DNA from: Macrostomum lignano
Lineage: Eukaryota
Direction of reading: 5' to 3'
DNA: 64,000 bases
NCBI GenBank assembly: GCA_002269645.1
Contig: NIVC01002055.1
Coordinates: 1-64,000, forward strand
The notes under the pieces were generated by a model. It was not told the DNA's origin, ran no database searches, and saw nothing but the letters and a program-made list of their open reading frames with translations. Positions 1-10,256 of the stretch are shown piece after piece; within the stretch, counting starts at the first letter, position 1, and the number at the start of each line of letters is the position of its first letter. The position numbers were made by a program, and so were the translations under genes.

Positions 1-222
1 AGCTTGGGACTGGAATGTCCATAGACAGTCTAGGGAACTGGAATGTCCATAGACAGTTAGGGACTACTAGAATGTCCATAGACAGCTAGGAGACTGGAAT
101 GTCCATAGACAGTCTAGGGGACTGGAATGTCCATAGACAGTCTAGGGACTACTAGAATGTCCATAGACAGCTAGGAGACTGGAATGTCCATAGACAGCTA
201 GGGGACTGGAATGTCCATTGAC
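1..222. repeat. Tandem minisatellite, ~28-30 bp unit (GGGACTGGAATGTCCATAGACAG(T)CTA), truncated by window edge
   Basis: About 8 near-identical units read directly. Confidence 0.9.
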
Positions 223-248
223 AGTGGATTAGACGACCCTAGCTGTAG

Positions 249-1774
249 TATGTGGAGGTGGCCCAGCCAAAGGACCAGTCCAACCCCTCCACCAGGGCCT
301 GGCGAGGAGTTCTCGGACCGGCCGCCAAGGAGCTCGCCTCGACTGCGACGAGTCGCGGCTCCGCTCAGACGTTGCCGACTGTCGCCGACGCCTTGAGCTT
401 CGAGCGAGTCAGCGAGAAATCGACGGAGTCTTCGACGCCATAGAGGAGGCTGTGCGCGACGAACGCGAGGCGATTGGCGAAGCCCTGGCCGGAGCGAAGG
501 CGCAGGTCAAGGAGAAACGGCGGCGGGCCAAGGAGCCTGCCAGGAGGTGTGGATGGGGGGCGGATGGGGAGGGAGGGCGGATGGGGAAGGATCGAGAGGC
601 GGATAGGGAAAGATCGAGGGGCGGATAGGGAAAGATCGAGGGCGGATAGAGAAAGATCGAGGGGCGGATAGGGAAAGATCGAGGGGCGAATAGGGAAAGA
701 TCGAGGGGCGGATAGGGAAAGATCGAGAGGCGGATAGGGAAAGATCGAGGGGCGGATAGGGAAGGATCGAGGGGCGGAAAGAGAAAGATAGAGGGGCGGA
801 TGGGGAAGGATCGAGAGGCGGATAGGGAAAGATCGAGGGCGGATAGGGACGGATCGAGAGGCGGATAGGGAAAGATCGAGGGGCGGATAGGGAAAGATCG
901 AGGGGCGGATAGGGAAAGATCGAGAGGCGGATAGGGAAAGATCGAGGGGCGGATAGGGAAAGATCGAGGGGCGGATAGGGAAAGATCGAGGGGCGGATAT
1001 GGAAGGGAGGAGCAGATTAAGTTATTCTGGGGTAAGAAGAGAGCAGGTGGCGGAGAAGGAAACGGTGGAATGCACGATGAGGCAGTTTTTTGCTTTCATT
1101 TTTTGGAGGTTTGCGGGCAAGATTTACGCAAAAATCATCGCGGTTGAGTAGAGCGGCAGTGAACGAGCCTGACTCTCGTGACGATCCCTGGTTCGATTCC
1201 TGAACCCCCCAGATCCGTCTCCGAGCGCCTGCTAGACAGCGCCAAGAGCGATCGGCATCAAGTTGTACTCGAACTGATCGGCGAATTCCGCGAGAAATGC
1301 GCCAGCAACCGCGGCATGAACGCTGCCGGTGGTCTCGACCTGTTCGGAGCCGCCGCTGTGGACTGTTCGACGTCCTCTAGCTCGGAGTCCGCTGCTACTG
1401 CTCCTGCCAGGCCTCCAACTGAGGCTCAGGTGCTCCGCAGACTCCGCACACGGCTGCTCCAGGAGCTGTCCACGGTCAGCAGCAGCAGCAGCAGCAACAG
1501 CAGCAGGCGCCGCCTAATCTGCAGCGAAAATGCAGTCGAAAGCGTCGAAAGCTTCGGCAGAAAAATTTTCCGAGAAAGAAAAATCAACAAACTGCCAGTT
1601 CGAGTGGTACTATTAGTAGTATTGGCAGCGGCGGTGCCACAAAGCGGCGCAAAGGAGCCGAATCGACTGGCAGTTCGAGCCGGCTGTTTGACGACAGCGA
1701 AATCGATGAGTTATGCCGGGAGTACGGACTGTCGGGCTACGTTATCTATGAAGGTTAATCAGTATTCGAAATGA
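249..1774 (+). CDS. Possible partial coiled-coil protein, two putative exons (~249-546 and 1213 onward)
   Basis: GC-rich segments. Helical frame ...REIDGVFDAIEEAVRDEREAIGEALAGAKAQVKEKRRRAKEPAR ends at a phase-2 GT (547). AG at 1211-1212 resumes in phase 2 into SVSERLLDSAKSDRHQVVLELIGEFREKC. No family recognised; 5' and 3' limits uncertain. Confidence 0.35.
552..1003. repeat. Purine-rich minisatellite, 21-22 bp (GGCGGATAGGGAAAGATCGAGG)
   Basis: About 20 tandem units. Confidence 0.9.
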
Positions 1775-2501
1775 AATCGAATGTACAATTAACCTGCCAT
1801 GTACATTGCACGCTCTACGAGTGATTAACAGATAGAAATCTATATACAATTACAAGTGCGCTACATGCACCAAGGTGTTACTTTGATTTATATATCCATT
1901 TTCTATCAGCTAAATTTAATTTTTAATTATCTACAAAGTGAAATAGCAAAATATGTTAACTGTTCTACTTTTAGTAATTTAAACACGAACATGTCAATAT
2001 AAATTTGCGCCAAATTTGTATTCAATTTTTTTATTTTCCTTTACTCTGTGTTAGATTTATGCTATAAGCTCTGATTGAGCCAGTTTGATATATTTAGTGA
2101 ACAAAGACTTTGATCTCGGGTTTTATCCAACCCGCTTATTAATATATATCTTATGCAAAGATGTTGTGTGCACACAGGCTGAAACTGTAGTTTATCTTGC
2201 AAAATTTTCAGTATTTACTCACCACTTAGTTGCGTGTAATAATCCTCAAAAAGAAGATTCAATTGTTTATCTCCGTGCACCCACTTTTTATTTAAGTAGT
2301 CTGCAAGTTTTTTGTATAACAGTAATCAGCGCAGATTTCCATATGATTAGCTCGATTTTTCACTTTTTCAACCTTTGCCGTGTCGTGAATAGCTATTGAA
2401 ATAATAAATAGTATCTAACTGATATTGAATATGCAGTGATACTACTGCTTTAAAATACTTGTTAGTAGTGTTGTAATTAGTTCTGGCAATAAATTTAGTT
2501 A

Positions 2502-2798
2502 GGTTGTAGCCCAGTGGTTAGAGCGACGGACTCACGACTGAGAGGTTGGGTTCGATTCCCAGCCCACTGGAACAATTTGTGTCCTTGAGCAAGACACTTA
2601 GCTCTGCATTGCTTCAGTTCACCCAGCTGTAAAATGGATACCCAGCATTAGCTGGGGTAATTGAGGGTGTGTGTGGCGACCCCCCCCAGTCCTTGGACTG
2701 AACAGCCGTACGCAGCCTTCAGATGCGCTGCGCAATAGCTGCGGCTGAGCTGTCGGTTGCACATCTGCCCATTGGGGCAGGGTGAATTCAGTTATTAT
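2502..2798 (+). mobile_element. tRNA-derived SINE with CORE (MIR-like) domain, copy 1
   Basis: A box (TAGCCCAGTGG), B box (GGTTCGATTCC), then TGTGTCCTTGAGCAAGACACTTAGCTCTGCATTGCTTCAGTTCACCCAGCTGTAAAATGG resembling the MIR CORE. AT-rich tail. Second copy at 5408-5644. Confidence 0.8.
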
Positions 2799-3382
2799 AT
2801 AATACGGTCGTAATTGTAAGTAAAGTTAAAATAAAAAGATAACACTAAAAGCAATGTTGAAAAATTTATGAAAAAAATACTTCATTGGAGTAAACAGTTC
2901 TCATGAAAAAGAACAACTTTTGAACAATTCCAAATACGAGCGTATATATTAAAGTACAACAGAAAACTTCCGACGTTAACTTGAGAAAAAACTTAACCGC
3001 CCGTGCAGAAAACACTCAGAATATCCGATATTATTTACTAACAGTAGCAACCGTAGTTTTATTCTTTAAAAAAGGCAGGATAATCATGCGAGTCTTAATA
3101 TGATGCATTTTTTAACTAATCACAAGTTTATCAAAATCAAAATTAAAGACGAATGTGGTGCATAATCTACTTTTGTAAGAAGTAGCATAAATTCTTGTAA
3201 ACAATTAGAATACAAAATATTTTTGTTAAAAAAATTGTAAAGTACATTCAGCTCTAGATTCTCGAATGAAATCAATTTGTGAGAATTTAACAGCTAACAG
3301 ATCTTTGAGGCTGTCAGTGCAGTTTATAAGTACACATACAGTTCCAAAACATATTCTCAAGATACTTGAGTACACAGGCTGC

Positions 3383-6300
3383 TCACTCTATAGCTCCGTA
3401 GTTGCCACCCGGTGGATCCAGCGCCTGGGCCGAGGCGCGAACTCGCTGGCGCGCATCTTGAGAAGTCTCGCTGAGCAGGCCATCGTCTTCTTCGTTCATC
3501 AGCTTTGGGAATTTTAAAGGATAGGGGATAAAAGTTACTAACTAACAAGATAATGAGGCTTTTAGTTTTGTCAGTCAAAGTATAGCTACTCTCGCCATTT
3601 ACCCAAAATTCTTTAATATCTGGACTCAATTACCCTGTAAGCGTCATCATCTTCCAGTGTCTCGTACTTGGCTCCACGATAGATGACCTTCTTATGGTGC
3701 AGGTAGAGTACAATCATGTCGCACAGGACCGTCGCCTGGTAGAGAATGTAAAGAGCAAGGCATCATCTAAACCTTTGATTTTTTAACTATTTCAATCAAG
3801 AAGAGTGCCATTTTTCAATCTAGAAGAGTGCCATTTTCAATCTAGAAAAGTGCCATTTTCAATCTAGAAGAGTGCCATTTTCAATCTAGAAGAGTGCCAT
3901 TTTCAATCTAGAAGAGTGCCACTTTCAATCTAGAAGAGTGCCATTTTCAATCTAGAAGAGTGCCATTTTCAATCTAGAAGAGTGCCATTTTCAATCTAGA
4001 AGAGTGCCACTTTCAATCTAGAAGAGTGCCATTTTCAATCTAGAAGAGTGCCATTTTCAATCTAGAAGAGTGCCATTTTCAATCTAGAAGAGTGCCATTC
4101 TCAATCTAGAAGAGTGCCATTTTCAATCTAGAAGAGTGCCATTTTCAATCTAGAAGAGTGCCATTTTCAATCTAGAAGAGTGCCATTTTCAATCTAGAAG
4201 AGTGCCATTTTCAATCTAGAAGAGTGCCATTTACAATCTAGAAGAGTGCCATTTTCAATCTAGAAGAGTGCCATTTTCAATCTGGAAGAGTGCCATTTTC
4301 AATCTAGAAGAGTGCCATTTTCAATCTGGAAGAGTGCCATTTTCAATCTAGAAGAGTGCCATTCTCAATCTAGAAGAGTGCCATTTTCAATCTAGAAGAG
4401 TGCCATTTTCAATCTATAAGGGTGCCATTTTCAATCTAGAAGAGTGCCATTTTCAATCTAGAAGAGTGCCATTTTCAATCTAGAAGAGTGCCATTTTCAA
4501 TCTAGAAGAGTGCCATTTTCAATCTAGAAGAGTGCCATTTTCAATCTAGAAGAGTGCCATTTTCAATCTAGAAGAGTGCCATTTTCAATCTAGAAGAGTG
4601 CCATTTTCAATCTAGAAGAGTGCCATTTTCAATCTAGAAGAGTGCCATTTTCAATCTGGAAGAGTGCCATTTTCAATCTAGAAGAGTGCCATTCTCAAAC
4701 TAGAAGAGTGCCATTTTCAATCTAGAAGAGTGCCATTTTCAATCTATAAGGGTGCCATTTTCAATCTAGAAGAGTGCCATTTTCAATCTAGAAGAGTGCC
4801 ATTTTCAATCTTAAAAAGTGCCATTTTCAATCTAGAAGAGTGCCATTTTCAATCTAGAAGAGTGCCATTTTCAATCTAGAAGAGTGCCACTTTCAATCTA
4901 GAAGAGTGCCATTTTCAATCTAGAAGAGTGCCATTTTCAATCTATTGATAGAATGACACATGAGGGCCAACCCTCAAGTTAGAGAGTTTACATGCCTGAT
5001 CATTAGAAATCTGAGTTTAGTTATCAGAATCCATGATGAATGCAGGAAAAAATTGCTAACATGAAACTAATTTTCGATACATATCGGGCAGCACTCACAA
5101 TACCCAGTAGAGCTAGCCCGGAGCCAAGGTTCATAGTCAGCGGGATGACATTGAAGCGGCCAGCCCTGCCAGTCACGTAGACAACAAATCTCAGACCGTA
5201 GGCTTTGATCAGAGTCCGGTGATCCGTGTCGTTAATCCGATAATAATTGGCGTAACGAAAATTCCAGCCTTTAGCAATTTTTGTGTTCTCATCGTCAAGT
5301 CGGCGAAATCTGTAAGTCGGATTGCAGTAGGAGGCGTCCCAGTCCAGGTTGCAGTCCCAGTTCACCGTGATGGACACCACGCCGCCCTGCAAGTGTTTGG
5401 CGAAGTCAATAAAAATAATAATAATTGACTCAACCGACAGCTCAGCCGCAGCAGCATGGGGGTTCACCACACAGCCTCAATCACCCCAGCTAATGCTGGC
5501 ACCCATTTTACAGCTGGGTGAACTGAAGCAATGCAGAGTTAAGTGTCTTGCTCAAGGACCCAAATTGTTCGAGTGTGGGTCGGGAATCGAACCCTCGACC
5601 TTTCAGTGGTGAATCCGACGCTCTGACCACTGGGCTACAACCCCTTGTCCATTTAATCCATGCAAGCATAATAACAGGTGGTCACTCACCACTGTGGCAA
5701 TTTTAGTGAAATTATCGATGCCAGCCAGTTTAAGAATGTCGCCAATTCGAAACACTGGGCAGTACATATCCGTGTCAGGGTTGTACACACAGTTCTGCAG
5801 CTGGCTTGAGTTGTAATAATCTAGCACGTTGCGGCTGAAGTTTTGGTAAATGTCACATCGTTTCTAAGAGCTAATACTTAATACTTAAGCACAGTTGAAC
5901 ATCAGTGTGAGAAATGAAAAATCAACAGAACGAATCACCAACCCACTAAATGACCGGAAGTGAGGAATCCCCAACCCCACTAAATGACCGGAAGTGAGGA
6001 ATCCACAACCTCGCTAAATGACCGGAAGTGAACCCCACAAAATGACCGGAAGTGAGGAATCACAACCACAGAAAAAGACCGGAAGTGAGGAATCCCCAAC
6101 CCCACTAAATGACCGGAAGTGAGGAATCCACAACCTCGCTAAATGACCGGAAGTGAGGAATCCCCAACCCCACAAAATGACCGGAAGTGAGGAATCACAA
6201 CCACAGAAAAAGACCGGAAGTGAGGAATCCCCAACCCCACTAAATGACCGGAAGTGAGGAATCCACAACCTCGCTAAATGACCGGAAGTGAGGAATCCCC

Positions 6301-8121
6301 AACCCCACAAAATGACCGGAAGTGAGGAATCACAACCACAGAAAAAGACCGGAAGTGAGGAATCCCCAACCCCACTAAATGACCGGAAGTGAGGAATCCA
6401 CAACCTCGCTAAATGACCGGAAGTGAGGAATCCCCAACCCCACAAAATGACCGGAAGTGAGGAATCACAACCACAGAAAAAGACCGGAAGTGAGGAATCC
6501 CCAACCCCACTAAATGACCGGAAGTGAGGAATCCACAACCTCGCTAAATGACCGGAAGTGAGGAATCCCCAACCCCACAAAATGACCGGAAGTGAGGAAT
6601 CACAACCACAGAAAAAGACCGGAAGTGAGAAATCCCCAACCCCACTAAATGACCGGAAGTGAGGAATCCACAACCTCGCTAAATGACCGGAAGTGAGGAA
6701 TCCCCAACCCCACAAAATGACCGGAAGTAAGGAATCCTCACCCCACTAAAAGACCGGAAGTGAGGAATCCCCAACCCCACAAAATGACCGGAAGTGAGGA
6801 ATCACAACCACAGAAAAAGACCGGAAGTGAGGAATCCCCAACCCCACTAAATGACCGGAAGTGAGGAATCCACAACCTCGCTAAATGACCGGAAGTGAGG
6901 AATCCCCAACCCCACAAAATGACCGGAAGTGAGGAATCACAACCACAGAAAAAGACCGGAAGTGAGGAATCCCCAACCCCACTAAATGACCGGAAGTGAG
7001 GAATCCACAACCCCGCTAAATGACCGGAAGTGAGGAATCCCCAACCCCACTAAATGACCGGAAGTAAGGAATCCTCACCCCACTAAAAGACCGGAAGTGA
7101 GGAATCCCCAACCCCACTAAATGACCGGAAGTGAGGAATCCCCAACCCCACTAAATGACCGGAAGTGAGGAATCAACATCATAAATCCACTAAATCATCA
7201 ATAGTAATCATGCTTGGGCGCAACCTTTGGATTCACTCGGCCGTTTCTATTGGCAACACACACACGTAAGTCGCTATTGGATGGAATAGTAGTCACGTGA
7301 CTGCTCTCAGCCAATACCGACTTACATGTATGTGTTGCCAATAGAAACGGCCGAGTGATTCCCAAAGTTGCGCATGTATGATAGTAATTAAAAAACGAAC
7401 CGTTTAACGCCAAACAAAGGAAACTCAATGCTGTCCTTGATGAGCACAGTGAAGTTCACAGCCTCTGGGAACATGGTTCCGCCAGCCGGTAGCTGGTCGA
7501 CCTCAACCGGGCACCAGGCCAAAATTTCGCATGATGTTTTATTGGGCGCCTGGCTTGACGGCACGCACCGGCCGGTGTTGACTCCGTTGCCAAGCATCTG
7601 CGGCTTGCCGGCCGGGCAGTCCGCGTCCGAGAAGCAGGGCGCCACGCTGGGGTCTTCGTCGCATGCGCCCTGCGTCTGGTCCCGGGTCACCACCGCGTTT
7701 GTGGTGATGAAGAATGCGTTGTTCTCCTGGGGTTGTGGTTGGTGGCGACTCTGATGTGGCCTGTCTGTCTGCCTGATTGCCTCTCTGTATGTCTGCCTGT
7801 CTGTCTCTGTCTGTCTGTCTGCCTATCTGCCTGTCTGCCTGTCTGTCTGCCTGCCTATCTGTCTCTGTCTGCCTGTCTGTCTGTCTGTCTGCCTGCCTGC
7901 CTGTCTGTCTTAGTGTCTGCCTGTCTGTCTGTCTGTCTGTCTGTCTGCCTGTCTGTCTGCCTGCCTGTCTGTCTCTGTCTGTCTGTCTGCCTATCTGCCT
8001 GTCTGCCTGTCTGTCTGCCTGCCTATCTGTCTCTGTCTGCCTGTCTGTCTGTCTGTCTGCCTGCCTGCCTGTCTGTCTGTCTTAGTGTCTGTCTGTCTGT
8101 CTGTCTGTCTGCCTGTCTGCC

Positions 8122-8158
<37 letters not shown>

Positions 8159-9646
8159 GCCTGTCTGTCTGTCTGTCTGCCTGCCTGCCTGCCTGTCTGT
8201 CTGTCTTAGTGTCTGTCTGTTTGTCTGTCTGTGTATATAAAGCATGTGTCTCAGTGCCAATTTGTCTTGGATGCCTGTCTAAAATTCCTGCACAGTTTGT
8301 CATCTTTGTCTGTCTTACAAGGCATCAATGGCAAGTCATGACAATGTCTATTTATTGCATTGATCATTCCCCGAACGAGACTTAAAGCAACAGTGCTGCA
8401 CACACACCTTTTAGAAAGAGATCATTTAATATAAACAAAAATATAGAAAGTAAAAAGGCAAACCTGCGGTGGAACAACATAGTCCGCAACATCCCAAATC
8501 CTGGCGCCAATACTTGTGCCAGTGAGGTTGGTGTATTGAACTCCTTTCACCTTGGTTGTCACTCCACTAACCACATCGTCAAAGTCTTGGTAGCCTTTTT
8601 TGTAGACAACAACCCATCTAAATGATAAGTGAGATTTAATTTCAAATATAGGTTATGTATGTTGGGTAGGCCTAAGGAGAACATAAAGAGAAAAGCTTTT
8701 TTGATGCTTATTAATAAAAACAATAGCAGAAAATAATGGGTCGTATTACTACAATATAATGTTATACCTATTATTTATATAGGTGAATTAAATATTACTA
8801 TATGCATAAATTTAAGAATTTTCGCTGTTTGGGATTATTCTTATATCCCCTAGTTACATCAATTATAATTCTTGGATTTAGTAATAAATATAATAACTCT
8901 TGAATTGAAGAACCTCTGTAATTATGGGTACCTATAATTCAGTATGAAGGAAAGTTCTGTTGTCCTGCAACTTCACTCTTATATAGTAAGCTCTTCAAGT
9001 ATTACTAAATCTAAGTGTTACTAAGTTCAAGCATTACTAAATTCATCATTATTAAATTTTGGTTACTAAATTCAAAGGCATTAGGAAAACCCGAAGCAAG
9101 GGCACTCCCAGATGTGCTTAGAGAAATCCTGGCATATATGTTGCCTTCCAAACTATGGTTGCCTTATAAGATTATATTCTTAATTGAGATGAAAAAATAT
9201 TTACTTTTTTACCTGGAAATAGTACTAAGTTGAATTCTTAGTTTTATAGTATAATAATAAATGTTAACATGGCATGTATACAATCCATCATTTTACTGTA
9301 CATTAAATATTTATGTAGGCCAACATCAAAACCTTTGAATAGCTGATACTTCATAGTGGCCCTAGCTATCCCCCAAGAACAGTTCAGAATGAAATTCACG
9401 AGTTCCTATTTATATATTAGTACGATACAGCATAGAAAAAATGCATATTGCAAATAGAAATATTAATACAAATAAATCTTCTCACCCAATCACGTAGGCT
9501 ATGATAAGCAGCTGAATAAGTCGATAAATTACTGAAACTTTAATGCTACTGATCTGAACAACTTTTGATGTTTCATATCTAAACAACGCTCCAAAGCCGC
9601 GATCAACCGTTTTCACGGCAATATTTGATCTAGCATTTGAAGTCAT
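3383..9646 (-). CDS. P2X: P2X purinergic receptor (ATP-gated cation channel), 7 exons, ~431 aa
   Basis: Exons 9646-9486, 8617-8464, 7726-7401, 5834-5690, 5386-5099, 3735-3634, 3502-3383; all GT-AG and frame-consistent (1296 nt). Motifs YETSK, TTKVKG, RIWDVADYVVPPQ, NFT, GWNFRYA, LIKAYG, YRGAK, 10 ectodomain Cys, two TM segments. AATAAA at 3063-3058. Confidence 0.95.
3797..4945. repeat. 22-bp minisatellite (TTTTCAATCTAGAAGAGTGCCA) in P2X intron 5
   Basis: About 50 highly homogeneous units. Confidence 0.95.
4957..5007. mobile_element. Short dispersed repeat, copy 1 (others at 29312-29395 and 56694-56777)
   Basis: CATGAGGGCCAACCCTCAAG...ACATGCCTGATCATTAG aligns by eye with the other two loci. 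Confidence 0.55.
5408..5644 (-). mobile_element. tRNA-derived CORE-SINE, copy 2 (internally deleted), fills most of P2X intron 4
   Basis: Reverse complement gives GGGGTTGTAGCCCAGTGGTCAGAGCG...GGGTTCGATTCCC...GTCCTTGAGCAAGACACTTAACTCTGCATTGCTTCAGTTCACCCAGCTGTAAAATGG and an (ATT)n tail; near-colinear with copy 1. Confidence 0.8.
5945..7172. repeat. ~34-bp minisatellite with 4-monomer (~135 bp) higher-order repeat; invariant core ACCGGAAGTGAGGAATC
   Basis: About 35 monomers; the 45-aa periodicity of the overlapping ORF shows the 135-bp higher-order unit. Confidence 0.95.
7209..7380. mobile_element. Fold-back MITE-like element with 8-bp TSD (ATAGTAAT)
   Basis: ATAGTAAT at 7201-7208 and 7381-7388. 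~65-bp imperfect inverted arms (GCGCAACCTTTGGATTCACTCGGCCGTTTCTATTGGCAACAC... / ...GTGTTGCCAATAGAAACGGCCGAGTGATTCCCAAAGTTGCGC). Central palindrome AGTCACGTGACT. Confidence 0.8.
7755..8232. repeat. (GTCT/GCCT)n compound microsatellite
   Basis: Direct reading; CTTAGTG interruptions. Confidence 0.95.
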
Positions 9647-10000
9647 CTTTACTGCATTTGTGTGAACAGTAAACGTATAATGAAGCGGTAGTAGGTAGTA
9701 GTAGAGTACATGTAAATCTGATTGCGCGTTCAGCAATTCAAAATACAATATTTATCAGTATTAAAAGTCATTTCTAAGAAATCATAAACTTAAAATCTCG
9801 CGTAAAATATCGTGGTCGAATTGGTTACGAGCGAGAAACTGTCTGGAGAGAGAAATCTACAAAAAATTACTAATGTTGTTTTGGCGAACCAAGGATGAAT
9901 CCTTGTTCTTTATCGAATTAGTTCGAGTTCGAATTAGCTGTTCGAATTTGAAGAAATCCATTTGCAATTTATATTTGCAGAGATAATGGCCATATCCACT

Positions 10001-10256
10001 ACTAAATATTACTACAAATTAACCTACTACTACTACTACTACTAATACTAGTACTACTACTACTACTACGACGACGACGACGATGACGACTACTACTACT
10101 ACTATGACGACTACTACTACTACTACTACTACTACGACTACTACTTACTACTACACTACTAACTACTACTATTTACTTACATGTATGCTGCCTGTCTGCC
10201 TGATTGTCTCTCTGCTGTCTGTCTTAGTGTCTGTCTGTCTGTCTCTGTCTGTCTGT
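10001..10256. repeat. (ACT)n/(ACG)n tract followed by short (GTCT)n tract
   Basis: Direct reading. Confidence 0.9.

Noticed and set aside
2502-2575. tRNA gene
   Set aside because: A/B boxes are present but the cloverleaf is poor, and the sequence continues into a CORE domain shared with a second copy; it is a SINE head.
2502-5644. Inverted SINE pair driving circRNA or editing of P2X exons 5-7
   Set aside because: An AATAAA at 3063-3058 probably ends the transcript before copy 1, so both copies are unlikely to be in one pre-mRNA.
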